A stretch of 64,000 nt of DNA, from assembly GCA_950097015.1 (NCBI GenBank), contig CATNEN010000025.1, positions 2,232,001-2,296,000 of the forward strand, written 5' to 3'. How positions within the stretch are numbered: position 1 is the first letter of the stretch; each line of letters begins with the position of its first letter. Below are positions 12,191 to 26,000 of the stretch, piece after piece. The position numbers and the translations under genes are program-made. Origin of the DNA: Macrostomum hystrix. Taxonomy: Eukaryota; Animalia; Platyhelminthes. A model generated the notes under the pieces. The model saw only the letters and a list, made by a program, of their open reading frames with translations. It was not told the DNA's origin and made no database searches.

Positions 12191-12749
12191 CGATTATCTC
12201 TCCACTGAATCTTTAGGGTGTGGCTGTCGATGCAACTGGTTTATTAAAAAATATCTTTCTGAAATCAATACTTGCATTGTTGTTTGTAATGTCACAATAA
12301 ATCTAGAATCTCGAGTTCGCAATTTCAGCGAAAGTTGTAAAAACATCAAACGGTGGCTTCCGTTAAATCGCTAAAATGAACTATTTTGTTGAAGGTTTTA
12401 CGTAAGCCGAATTATCAGTTTGATTGCCTAATGAAATAGCTACTATAGGGGCAACGAACCAAAGCTAGTTGTTTAAGCCATATACAAGCCAGTTTGGAAA
12501 TCAATTTTCTATTTATAGAAAGGCCATTAAAAGATGCACTCTAAGTAGGACGAATTGAGACGGAAATCTGCCTTGTAAATCAGCGAAATCATTGATTTCT
12601 ACTAAGCATCAGAGAGGAAACCTATTCTGTGTATTCTCAACAAAGCTATCAGAGGGGAAATGATAACCAATAACAATTTTCTTTCTTTGGCAGAACCTAT
12701 ACGTATTCCCTGCGCCTACCGTCAAGTTTACTGCCACCCCACTTCGTGC

Positions 12750-13115
12750 CCCTTCCTCAAACTGACAGCCACCCCACTCCGTGCCCATGCCTCAAACTGA
12801 CAGCCACCCCACTCCCTGCCCCCTGCCTCAAACTGACAGCCACCCCACTCCCTGCCCCCTGCCTCAAACTGACAGCCACCCCACTCCCTGCCCCCTGCCT
12901 CAAACTGACAGCCACCCCACTCCCTGCCCCCTGCCTCAAACTGACAGCCACCCCACTCCCTGCCCCCTGCCTCAAACTGACAGCCACCCCACTCCCTGCC
13001 CCCTGCCTCAAACTGACAGCCACCCCACTCCCTGCCCCCTGCCTCAAACTGACAGCCACCCCACTCCCTGCCCCCTGCCTCAAACTGACAGCCACCCCGC
13101 TCCCTGCCCCTGATT
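12750..13115. repeat. 36-bp minisatellite (CCTCAAACTGACAGCCACCCCACTCCCTGCCCCCTG)n
   Basis: 12-aa periodic ORFs on both strands. Confidence 0.96.
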
Positions 13116-13781
13116 CAAACTCACAGCTACCCCACTCCGTACAAACGGATTCCAAACCTCTAACTTTAGGTTGAGGTCTTGACCCAAAATTTTCATTTGC
13201 AATTTCTTGACTTCTCGATTCTTGAAATCGAGTACATGCTACTAGTAAGTAGAGCTCGTATCTTCGAAAAAGTGCTTGAAAAACAATCGCGTTTATTGCC
13301 AATTAAAATTCATTAAAAAGCGTTGACTTGGTTGAATAATATTACTGTACTACCATATACTCGTAAAGAGGGGTTGCATTAATTAGCTAACATGTTTTAC
13401 TGGCCGACTGAGCGCATAACACAGGAGTCATAACTCCAATTACAGCATTAACGTAATTAATTAATCAGTACGAGATGATGTGAAAATTAAGATGGTATAA
13501 GTGTAAATGATATTAGATCGTGAAAAAGTAGAAAATATATTTGCAACAGTCGCTATATTTTTAATCAAGACTAGTGCAACCGGTTATTGCTGCAAATGTG
13601 CACTTTTTATGCAAAGTATGCAATCAGAATTTTAGACCATTGCAAGGAATACGAATGCAAATGGGGAAAATTTATGGTACCCAAACCCAAGGTCTTTTTA
13701 ACCTAGAAATTATCATGGATTATCATGGGATTTTGTTTGTGACCCCGGAATTCTTGTGGGAATCTTAACTTTGACCCAACG

Positions 13782-13850
13782 GGGTTGAGTGGCAGAGCTG
13801 TCTAACGCGACAAGGTCCCTGAGTTCGATTCCGCGGAATGACCCTCCTGC
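13782..13850 (+). mobile_element. SINE family A, tRNA-like head only
   Basis: GAGTGGCAGAGCTGTCTAACGCG..CAAGGTCCCTGAGTTCGATTCCGCGG carries Pol III A- and B-box-like motifs. Confidence 0.7.
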
Positions 13851-14039
13851 AACAATTAAGTTTTAATATGACTAATTTTGACCCCTGAATTCTCATTCGG
13901 AAAGTTCAGGAAATGTTTTCGATTAAAATTAGCATACTGATAAATTAGACTGAATGATAAGTGCGTGAATGATAAGCTATATTACTGAAAGTGTGCTCCA
14001 CTGCAAATGTAGAAAGCAGGATGTCACTGTGCTGTCAAT

Positions 14040-17000
14040 TCAGTCACCGCCCTTCTTGTCCTTGTCCTTCTTCTTTGTCCTGCCTGAGAACATACGGAAG
14101 AGGCTGCTGCTGCTGCTGCTGCTGCTAGTGACGCTGATTTTCTTCTTGTCTTTGCCAGGTGTGACCGCAGCTGCACCCGTGATGGTGGCACTGCTGCCAG
14201 GACCACCTTCGGGGTAGAGTGGAAAGTTATGCTTGAATATCCCCATTACTACTATACTTTAATCTCCTCTTTGAATACTGAAGACTGTGAAGATGAGATT
14301 TAAGCCAATCATACTCACCAGTCGTACCCTCAGTAGTGACAGTTACCCGCGGCAAAGACTGTGTGCCTGAAGAAGCAAAAAATCATGACATTTCTAAGGA
14401 TTCTGAAGTAAATTTATCATTTACAAATGGTGCCTTACTAAGTGTGAAGAAATAAGCAAAAAGCATGCAAGTAGATGATTGAGCGTACACAATAAATACA
14501 AGATAAAGTTGAAGTGTATCTAGCTTTTGCAAAAAATGATAATTAAGTTGCACTGAGTTATTTACTTGCTTACATAGCTCTTTTTACAACCAGAAAACAT
14601 CTAAAAATAAAATTAGTTTTCAAATGTTAATTTGAAATAAGATTGGTTAGATTCTATGGTTTGCCTGCTTGGTAACTAAATTTTTGTTACCTTCGAACTG
14701 TTCTTCAAAATCGACTCTAGAAAATGTCATAGCTTGACCTGTGTGATTTTTTTAGAACAGCAAATTAATAACAAAGTGAAATGAGGCAAATAAAAATGAG
14801 AAATGCTAGACACTTTTACCAGTTTCATGCACCATAATTTAGTTCATCCACAGAGTCCAGCCTTGAGATTTGGGAGATAAGAAGCTTACTCTATTTATAT
14901 TTCAATCGCAATATAATGGAATTGCAAGAAATGGCTGGTTTTTGGTGGTCAGGGAACAGCGAGTAGGTGACTATTGGTTTGAGGGGCTGATAGAACAGGG
15001 AAGTGGCTGTCCATCTTCGGAGTTGATCGATGAGGGAGGGAGGCGGCTGTCCATTTTAGCGATTGGTCGATGGGGGAGGGAGGTTGGCTGCCCATCTTAG
15101 CAACTGGTTCATAAGGGAGGGAGATGGTTGCCCAACTTAGCAATTAGTTGATAAGGGAGCGAGGTGGCTGCCTGTCTTAGCAGTTGGTCAATGATGGAGG
15201 GAGGTGGCTGCCCATCTTAGCAGTTGGTCGACGAGGGATGGAGGTCGGCTGCCCATCTTAGCAGTTGGTCAATGATGGAGGGAGGTGGCTGCCCATCTTA
15301 GCAGTTGGTCAATGATGGAGGGAGGTGGCTGCCCATCTTAGCGGTTGGTCAATGATGGAGGGAGGTGGCTGCCCATCTTAGCAGTTGGTCAGTGATGGAG
15401 GGAGGTGGCTGCCCATCTTAGCAGTTGGTCAATGATGGAGGGAGGTGGCTGCCCATCTTAGCGGTTGGTCAATGATGGAGGGAGGTGGCTGCCCATCTTA
15501 GCAGTTGGTCAGTGATGGAGGGAGGTGGCTGCCCATCTTAGCAGCTGGTTAATGATGAAGGGAGGTTGCTGTTTAGATTTTGGCGGTTGGCTAGTAGGGA
15601 GGGAAGGTGTATAAGCTGCACCGAGGGACCAGCAATTGAAAATAAAAAGTGATTCGTGCAGGTCGCAGTCTCACCAGAAGCCGGGGCCGCTTCTGCCTTT
15701 TCAGATTTCTTTTGAGCCGTAGACTTCCCTCTGGCCTCCGCTTTTGTCACCACCGACGCCGCCGCTGTAGGCGATTTCGATTTCAGCGGCGGCACAGCGT
15801 CGGCCTCCGTCAGCAGTGCTGGCCGACTATCAATTTCTGAGTACAGGCTCTCAGTCACCTCAGTATCGTCGTCCTTGCCGATTTCTTCGGCTTTAGTTGC
15901 GGTCGGCCTAGTCCCAGTTTCCTCATCAACATTGAGAGGAGCGTCTTCCTCGGCCAGCTGCCTGCTGGGGTCCAGACCGGCACGGAATTTGATCTGGCCT
16001 CGCCAGGCCAGGCTGTCCTGGTTGCTAGGCAGCATCAGCAGGTGCATTGAGCCGTCCTTCAGTTGAAGACGCAGCGTGTTGCGATGCTCTGCGTCCGTGT
16101 CACACTGGGCAGCGCAGATCACCAGCGAGTGGAGGGCTCGATCGCCAGTGTTGTAGGCTGAGGGTTAGGTTGGATGTTCACTTGTAATGTACACTTCGAA
16201 TGTACACTTCTGGTGTACACTTATAATGTACATTTCTGATGCGCGCTTCTGATATACACTTATAATCTATGCTTCTGGTGTACACTTCTAATGTACAATT
16301 GTAATGTACGCTTCTGGTGAAAACTTCTGATGTACATATCTGATGTACACTTCTTGTGTAAACTTATAATGTACACTTCAAATGTGTGGATTAAAGTGCA
16401 GATTAAATGTGGATTGTGTAATTTACATTTCTAATTACAAAGTGCTGATTTAGTTGGCTTTCTAATGTACACTTATAATCTTTAGTTTCAATGTTTACTG
16501 TGCCGATGTGTTTTATAGCTCATGTAAAATTGTACACAATAGAGCTCAATGAAGGTTGCATATGAAACAAAATTTTATGTGCAGTAACTATTGGGTGTTG
16601 CGTTACTAAATTGAAAGTTTCAGTAGCTTAAGAGTGACTTTTACCTGCTTCAGATACGAATGTAATCGGAGAACGATAGGATTAGAAATTCATGAAATTA
16701 ATCTATAGTTCATACATAGCTAATAAAATTTATGGATAATGTTCAATCTATATCTAGTGTACACAGACACATTCCTTGCCAATCTATATCTAGTGTACAC
16801 AGACACATTCCTTGCCAATCTATATCTAGTGTACACAGACACATTCCTTGCCAATCTATATCTAGTGTACACAGACACATTCCTTGCCAATCTATATCTA
16901 GTGTACACAGACACATTCCTTGCCAATCTATATCTAGTGTACACAGACACATTCCTTGCCAATCTATATCTAGTGTACACAGACACATTCCTTGCGTAGA

Positions 17001-20000
17001 ATAAGCTGGGATACAAGGATTTCCTGTCTACAGACACAGTACACAATCGTTGTACACAGACAAAATGCTCACCTGCTCGGCTCTTGAACAGCGCCAGCTG
17101 ATGTCCGCACAGCGCGGCGTAACGCTTCTTCCATTTTCGAGCCGGGTTCTTTGCACCACCAAACTGTTTTTGACAGGTTGAAGCATAATTTGATGTTTTC
17201 TTTGTGTTTTAATAGTCAATTTACAAGTATCGCTACTATTAGTAGGCTAGTAGTGATTTTGCTATTTAAATTAACGAACCTGCAGCTCCTGGCGAATTTC
17301 CAGCTCGCCTTCTATCGACGGCGGCATCAGATCAGAGAGGCGGCCGCTGTCTCCTCGTTGATTCTTGGTGCTGAATGTCCTGCCTGAATGTGCTGAATGA
17401 ACGCCACTGCCGCCGCTTATCTTGCTAGCGCTGCCAACACTTTGGGGTCGGGTGTTCACTGGAGTCGATTGTTGCTGCTTCTGCTGCTTCTGCTGCTTCT
17501 GCTGCTGCTCCTGAGATTAATTGGCAGAAGTTACGCACAATGGGATTATGAATTAGGCAGTTTGTGCCAGGGAGTGAGGTGGTTGTCAGAGCTTGGAGTT
17601 GCGAGGGTCAGGTAGTGAGGTAGCTGTCGAAGTTTGGAGTTAGGAGGTCAGGGAGTGAGGTGGCTGTCGAAGCTTGGAGTTGCGAGGGTCAGGGAGTGAG
17701 GTGGCTGCCCGAGCTGTGTGGTTAGAGGGTCTCCAAAGGTCTACCTGCTCCTTGGCTTTCATAGTCTGTCGCCGCAGTAGTCCGGCCGTCAGCTCGCTAT
17801 GCGCAGCGGACAATGTCCTCTTGGCGGCGGCCTTTTGCTGTTGCTCCGCCTCCGCCTTCTGCTGCTCCTGGAAGCGGCGCTCCAGCAGGGTGAGCTCCCG
17901 CAAGGCTTCAACTCGCGGTTCCTGCGCCAACAGCAGCGCCGTCAGCTCGTCGCTTCGCCGAGCCCGCGCCTCCAGCTGCTCAGCCGCCGGGCCCTCGAAC
18001 GCCGGCGCGCATTGTGCGAACTCGCGCCCGAAGTCGTCCAGCCAACGGTCGAGGCCGGCGCATCGTTCCAGGACCTTGCGAATGTCCACATTCTCCAGGT
18101 AGATCTCGTGCCGCTTCTTGTGAGCCGCATGCACCAGCTCGAGCTGCCGGCTGACCGCCTGAACTCGCTCGGTCAGGAACTCGGCCAGGCTCGCCGAACA
18201 CTCGCGCGACCAGCGGGCCACGCTGCGACCGAATTCCTGGGCCTGAAGATCGCGACGCTTCACGTCCTTGGCGCGCTGACTGCTGCGCTCAACCTGGCAT
18301 CGAGCGATTCGCGGATTGGGATTGCGTGTGTTGCTTTTATTGGACTTAAAAAGATCAATAGAGGGGGCAGTGGCAGTGCGGTCTTACGCGTTTGCCTCTC
18401 GCAACAAGGCCCCTGAGCTCGATTCCGTTGTGAGGCCACATTCATTTGGGGGCGCAGCCCTCAACGCCCATGGTAACCAACCTCCAATTGCACAATGAGA
18501 GTGTTACAATTCCTGACGATGAGAAAGTCAGGGCAGATGTACACACCTGTGTGAGTGTGTGCTCAGGGATCAGCGGTATCGGTAGAATTGCCTCCTCGCT
18601 GGCTGCTGGTCGTCAGATGATGTGCCACTGCTCAAAGACATAGCGAAAGCTATAATTTTTTGGGGGCATTCCTCTGCAGCTCACCTGCTCCAGGGCGGAC
18701 TTGAAATCCCTGGCCAGATCCTCAGCCAGGATGGCAGCCAGCAAGGCCTGCAGCGCCGGCAACAGGTCGACGAACTTGCCGAGACTGGCGTGAGCCTCCT
18801 TCGCCTGCTGAAGGTCGCGTCGCTTGGCTTCGGCTGACTGCGTGAGCTCCTGCCACAGCCGCTCCACGGCGCTCACGTCGTCGCGAATCACCTTTGCGAA
18901 TAGGTGCGAATGTGTTTCTTGTGAGTTGAGAATGATTTTAGACAGCTTATCCCACAGCCTCGAATTTTAAAAGTTTACTTTCTTACAAAAAACAAACTCT
19001 CCCACTTCAAGTATTTGAATCTACTGTGATCCCATTACCCATTATCCCATGACCCATGACCCCCAAACTAATTGTATAATTCTATCATTCCCATCATTCT
19101 CCTATTCTAACATTCTTCCATTATCCCATTATACCATTCTATTGTAATCCCATTTTCCTTTTTCTTCAACTTTTCCATTATCCCATTCTCCCATTCTCCA
19201 ATCATCTCATTCTCCCATTCCTTCATTATCCCACTCTCCCATGATCCCATTCTCCCATGATCCCATTCTCCCATGATCCCATCCCAGTCTGCTCCCCACC
19301 TGCTCAGCGTCGGTGCCCTTGAACTCCTCGGTTAGCAGGCGGCTCTTCTTCCCTAAATCGTCCCTCCGCGCGGCCAGCGGCTTGAACTCGCTGTCCGTGA
19401 GCATAGCCAGCCGCCTGAGTAGCTCCTCGGTTGATACCGGGCCGTCGCCGTAGCTGGCCAGCCGTTGAACCTCGCGCAGTTTCTCCTGCAGCGCCTCATG
19501 TAGACTCGCGGCTTCGTACAGTAGCCGGTGGATCCTTCTGGAATCGTGCAAAGTCTTGGCCAGATCCTTGGCAGCCAGGTGCACCCCGGCAAGCTGGCTC
19601 TGCAGCCGGTCCCGCAGCGCCCGAGCCGCCTCCAGGCGACAGTTCTTCTCGGCTTGGAGGGCCTGCAGGCGGGCGTCCAGCTTGTCCAGCTGAGGCTGGC
19701 GTTGGCGCAGCGCTGCGCGCACTGCGGAGCACTGATCGGCCGAGCGCTCGCAGGATTCCTCGTCCGTGCCCGGCTCGATCGACTTCAGCGCAGCCTCCTG
19801 ACGTCTGGTTGGATTTTTTATTGGGAGATAGCGATGAAGATTCTTACTCAGAACTCCCATTTCGATCCACCTATCTACCTTTGACGTAAACCTACTCGTA
19901 GCTAGCTATTAGCTAAAGCCGTCAAACACACCCAGAACTCAACGACCCGATCCCGCCAAGACACACCTCAGCCAAGCCTGCATCTCCTCGACTTGCTCGC

Positions 20001-23000
20001 TGAACTCAAAGAAGATCAGGGTCTCTTCTAGTCGGCGCTTCAGGCCACGCAGCCGGCCGGTCAGTGAGTCGGACAGCCGCTGCGCCTCAGCCTGACGCTC
20101 GTCGACCAAGTCGTGATCCAGCTGCTTGGCTGATGCGGCGAGCTCGCGGAGACGCTCGGCGGCAGTTTCAGCGTCGGCCAGCAGAGCCTCCGTGGTCTTG
20201 GCGCGCGCCAGGCAAGCTGAGTCGTCCTGGGCATCTAAATTGATGAAGCGACAAGAGAATTGTTTGATGGCGCGCCAAAAATCATCTCTCAGAGTCTTCA
20301 AACCTCATCGCTCAAACTCCTTAAACATCATCGCTCAAACCCTATAAACATCATCGCTCAGAGTCTTCAAGCATCATCGCTCAAACCCTATAAACATCAT
20401 CGCTCAGAGTCTTCAAACCTCATCGCTCAAACCCTTTAATCATCATCGCTCAGAGTCTTCAAGCATCATCGCTCAAACCCTTTAAACATCATCGCTCAGA
20501 GTCTTCAAGCATCATCGCTCAAACCCTTTAAACATCATCGCTCAGGCTCCCAGAATTCATCCCACTGACAACTCACCGGTGACCGCCGTCTCCAGCGCCG
20601 TCAGCCCCGCCAGCCGGTCCTCCACCCAAGCTCGCAGTTCGCCCAACTCGTCCAGGTAGGCGAACAGCCTCTCAGCATCGGCCAGCAGAGTTCGCCGCCT
20701 CTCCACAGCCCGATCTAGACTGGCCAATGATGTTCGAAGACGATCTGTGCAGCGTCGCGTATCAGTTGCGCGATAGCCTCGCCACATTCTCGCCGACTCT
20801 TCGTCAACGTCGTTGTCATCGTCGGAACCATTTTCGTCGGTTTTCGGCCGAGTCTTGTTGTCATCCTCCTTCTGGGTAGCTTCGTCAGTTTGAGACAGAA
20901 GAGCTTTTCCAGCGTCGATTAAGTCAACAACCAGAGGTCGTCGATTTTCGATCTCTTCTTGGGCCCGTCGCAAACGACGGGTGAGGCGTTGTACGTCGGC
21001 GCTGGATCGACCAACGTCGGTTCCGGCTAGGGCCGCAGCGCGACCTGTGTTCATTCGAGGAAGAAAATAAATACCTTTTGCTCATTGGTACTTTGTATTA
21101 TATAAACAGACTTTCGGGATCATACCCATAGCTTATGGTTATGATACCTTATTTATTCGGTAAGATACCGGTCGTACTTTGATAATATACCGGTTGTACT
21201 TCGTTAAGATACCGGTAGTTTCATGGTAATTAAACCATAGCTTTTTTCAGAAAGACACTTGTTTTCCTTCCGAAAAATGCCCACAGTTCTCTGGTAGCTC
21301 GTAGTTCTCTGGCATGAAAACCTACGGGTTTTAGTACTGTAGGCTCGTATCGGTTTTCTCCTCACCCTCAAGCCAGGCGGCTTCGTCCTCAGCCTCCGCC
21401 AGGTGATGCAGCACGCGCACAGCTCGGGCCAGACCGGCGCCATGCGCTCTCAGCAATCGGCGTAGAGCGGCAAAGCGCCGACCTAGTCGGTCGACGGCCA
21501 GTCGACAGGTTGCCACGCCTTCGTCGACTTCTAGTCCGTCGTTGAGCAACTCGGTGAGTGCCGACTCTGCCTCTTTCAAAGCCTCAGAGCGAGCCTCCAA
21601 ATCAGCCAGGAGGCCAGCTTGTTCCTTCAGGGCCTGCTTCGCACGGCTGAGACCTCCGGCACCGCTGCCACCGGCCACAGCCGCTGTCGAAGCGTCGATA
21701 GCGTCGTTGACAGTCCGGCAGAAGCGTTCCAAATCTCGGCAGCGTTGAAGCAGCTGACGGACGCTGTACACTCGTCGACCACGCAGCAGACGACCAGAAC
21801 AGCTGATGAATGAGAACAGGTGTGAGAACTGTGGACACGCCCTAACTTTTTAAGTATTTTTAGAGTCTTTGCTCTATCCCAGTGCAACGCGGCTCACCGT
21901 TCCACCGCCTTGCTGTGCAGCTTCCGCAGGTCGTCCATTCGGTCGGCAATGGCCCGTCTCGCCGCCGCCGAGTCCAGCGCTTCAGTCAGCTGGTCGCCCT
22001 CATCGGCGAGACCCTCCAGCTGCCTGGAGTAGCCGCGCACCTCGGCAAGCAGCGTCTCAAGTCGCTCGGTTCCTCGCCTGCTGGCGTCATCGTCGGCCGC
22101 GTCAGAGTCGGCCTCCTCATCGAGGCGCAGAAGCCGGGCCTCCAGCCTGGACCGGAAGTTGTCGCAGTGCTGCAGGTAGGCGGCTAGTCGGTCACCGGCT
22201 GTGTGCCGCTTGGCGGCCGCATCGACCAGCGCCGCAACGGTGTCGCATCGACGCCTGCCGGCTGAAAGCTGCTCGGCCACGGCGGCGGCATGTCGGCTGC
22301 CAGGCGGCAGGGAGTCGCAGGTCTCCTGACACTCAGCCAAACGGTCTCGCAGCTGACGCAGCTCCGACGCTGCCGCGGACGCCGAAATCATGGATGTCGA
22401 TGGTTTTGACAGCGCCGCTGTTGATGCGACCTCATTGCTGGCCTCGTTGTCGTCGACTTCAGCGGCAGCAACAGCGGCTGCTTCAGTTAAGCGGCTCTCC
22501 AGCGAATCCAGGCTGCGGCTGACAGACTGCGATGGACAATGATTTTTTGTTGATGACTTCCTCACAATTTTTTGCGCCTAATCCACACAACCCACACGTA
22601 ATCCCACATTCTGAAGCACACCCCACATATTATACCAGACACTAACCGAAATTCGATACTAAATCAGAATGCAATACGTCGTCCCACACCAATCCCACGC
22701 CCAATCTCACACCCTATCCCACACCCTATCCAACACCCAATTCCACACCCTATCCCACACCCTATCCCACACCCAATCCCACACCCAATCCCACACCCAA
22801 TCCCACACCCAATCCCACACCCAATCCCACACCCAATCCCACACCCAATCCCACACCCAATCCCACACCCTATGCCACACCCAATACCACATCCAATCCC
22901 ACACCCAATCCCACACCCAATCCCACACCCTATCCCACACCCAATCCCACACCCAATTCCACACCCAATCCCACACCCTATCCCACACCCAATTCCACAC

Positions 23001-26000
23001 CCAATCCCAAACCCAATCCCACACCCAATCCCACACCCAATCCCACACCCAATCCCACACCCAATCCCACACCCAATCCCACACCCAATCCCACACCCTA
23101 TGCCACACCCAATCCCACACCCAATCCCACACCCTATCCCACACCCTATCCCACACCCAATCCCACACAAGGACTCACAGCCACTCGCTCTGCCAGCTGC
23201 GCGCAGGCGGCATCGCCGGCCAGAATCTCCGAATGGCGCTCGAATCGCTGGCGCACTCGCAGTCGCACCGCCTCCAGACGCTCTCTCGGCTCACGCAAGG
23301 CCGCGGCGAAATCGACGCCGCTAACGTCGCCGCCTTCTGCTCCAGCCACGGTGGAAGCCGTCGCCAAATCGGCGGCCCGACTGCGCAACCGTGCGGCATC
23401 GGCCAGGCGACGCTCCAGTTCGGTTCGCCGATCCCGGTTCAGAGCCAGTCGTCGCTCAGCGTCTTCGGTCGTCGGCTCCGTCGCCGCTCCAGCAGCCTCT
23501 TCCTCTGCCAGTCGACGATCGGCGAAATCGGTGGCCCATTCGCAGAAGGCGCGCACCCCGTCAGCGACCTCCGCGCATCGACGCTCGTCCTGAAGGCGCC
23601 GGTCCCGATTGGTGCAGCGCTGCCGCAGAGCCTCCAGCTTGTCAGCCACCTGCCTGCAGGTTGCCCCGGCCTGAGGATAAATGCCGCTGGATTCAAACTC
23701 ATCCCGCAGTTCGCTCATCTTGGCGAGCATCCCGGCCAGCTTCTTGGCTTCGGTGTCGCGGACTCGGCAGTTGCGACGAATTCGTTCGGCAACCGTTGAA
23801 GCGTCGTCAGCAAATGCATCGTCGGCGTCGAGCAGCTCGCCGAGTCGGTCAAGCTCGCGATCGAGCTCATCGCCAGCCCGACGGAAACGATGATAGCGGA
23901 CCTTAGCGGCCAGCTCCTGACGGCACTGGGCCAGGCGCGGCCGAGCCTCCGACCAGGTCTGGGCGGCCTTCTCTGCCCGGCGGACAGCGGCGGTCACCTC
24001 CGGGTCGGCGGCGACGTCCACGGTGGACGAATTCAGAACCGCGGCGTCGGCCAGTAGAGTGTCGATGCGATCCTGAAATTTGCGGAGGTGGGGATCTATG
24101 ATAAATGACAGGTGGGGGTCCTGGATGAATGACAATCTTCAAGCTCTCAAACAGCATCTCACCTGGTCTACGGGCAGCTGCATCAACGCGTCGTACAGGA
24201 AGGCGTCGGCCTCCTCCGAGCCCTCGCAACCAGCGGCCTGGTAGGCGTCCAACAGCGGCTTGACTTCGAGAAGCGCCGCTTCGATGCGCTCGCAGTCCGC
24301 CAGCAGGCGCAGCAGGGAGCGGGCCGTCTCTAGCGCATGGGCCCGCTCTTCGAATTTCAACGTCAGTCGAGCCCAGGCGGCGTCTGTAGCGTCAGCCAGC
24401 TCGCCGGCAGCGCCACCTAGAGCGCGACCCTGCTTCAGATGCTGCGCCACCCGATCGCGCTGCGCATCGGCAGCATCTTTGAAGTCTTGCAGCCGGAGCA
24501 GCTGCTGAGGCCGGCGACTCTTGTCCTTGTCGGCTGCGGCAATGCGAGCCAGCTGTGCGCCAATCAGATCGTTGATCTCGGCGTCCGCTGTCACGTAGTC
24601 GAGATAATTCAGTCGGTTTGACAGAGCTACTCGAGCCGCTTCGATGCTGGCAGCGGCTTGCTCAGCCATCAACTCCAAGCCGGAAAGGCGGGATTCGATC
24701 CCGCGTCGCTCCTCATCGGCCAGACAGCCCGACGGCAGAGCGACAGCCGTGGCCGCCGCCTCGCGACAGGCCGGCAGGCGCTGCGCCACGGCGCGCTCGC
24801 ATAGAACTCGCAAAGCTTCCAGCTCGCGATGAAGCTTCTGCGCCTGCTCAGCTGAGGCTGAGTCAACCGACGGCGCTAGAACCGCGGCGCGGGACTCGGC
24901 GCTCGACAGAGCCTGCTTCGCCTGCCGGGCCTTTTCTGCGAAGTCACCGATCGCGCGAAGTCCGACGGCTCGACGCTCCAGGCCGGAGAGCCGGTCGTCC
25001 AGCGTCGCCTTCATGGTGATGGCGTCGTCCACAATTTTCTCAATCTGCGGAGATGGCGGTGTCATTGGAAGAGCGTTTAACGAGTTTGCCTCTCGCACCA
25101 AGGTCCCTGAGCTCGATGTGGCGAGGCCGTATTCATGTGGGGCGCAGCGGCGGGGAGAAGTCTTGGGGGCTTGTCTTAAAATTTACGCCCTTGAGGGCCA
25201 ACTTCAAAGGCACAGTGAGAGTGTACACTGCCTGACGATGAGAAAGTCAGCGCAGATGTACACACCTGTGTGAGTGTGTGCCAGTATACAATATCTGTGT
25301 GCGTGTGTGCTTAGGAGTCAGCGAAATGGGCAGAATTGCCTCCTCGCTGGCTGAGGGTCCAGTGTCACCAAATGATGAGCCATTGCCCGCAGCCCACCTG
25401 ATTACGATTAAGGCTTTGAATCAATTCTAAAAGCTTCGTCGTTCAAGAAGCCAACAATGAAACAATGATCAGCTCAGAGTCACTGACCTCGTCAGTAAAC
25501 TCGTCGGTCTCTTCTCGATCGCACAGTTTCTCTCCTTCATCAGCCAGAATTTTCACATCGGCCAGACGCTCCTTCAACTGTCTGGCCAATTCTTCGGCCG
25601 CCTCAGCCGAGGACACGGCCTCGCCGGGAGTTGCGGCATCGGCCAGATTGCCTAGCAGGGCGTCGATCTCCGGCCTGGCATCCTCCAGCCAGGACTTGAC
25701 CGCCTGCCGTTGTCGAGCCAGAGACAGCATCTCGTGCGCCCCGTCCAGCTGCTTGACGCGCTCCTGCTGCCGGACCTCCAGCCGGTCGAAGGCCTCCTCG
25801 ACGCGACGCTGACGGGCGGCTATCAAATTGGCGTTGGCCGGGTCCAGCCGCTCCTCCAGGCTCACTGATCTGTCGCGCAGCTCAACTAGACGCTCCTCCA
25901 ACGGTGTCAGCTCCTGCAGCAGCACGTAGTGCCTGGCTGTGTACTTTTCTAGCGCGCCGGCGTCGCGACCCAGCTCGGATGGTATGGACATAAGCTTGTC

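Noticed and set aside
9819-13302. Stacks of Ser/Pro-rich and 12-aa-repeat ORFs
   Set aside because: Products of the 26-bp and 36-bp arrays, with no unique coding sequence.
16185-16995. GTGTACAC palindrome shared by two arrays and the SINE stem
   Set aside because: An 8-mer match is too short to infer derivation, and no further similarity was seen.
18500-18545. Canonical hammerhead ribozyme call
   Set aside because: There is no stem II between CUGACGA and GAAA and no valid cleavage triplet adjoining stem I. Kept only as a hypothesis under findings.
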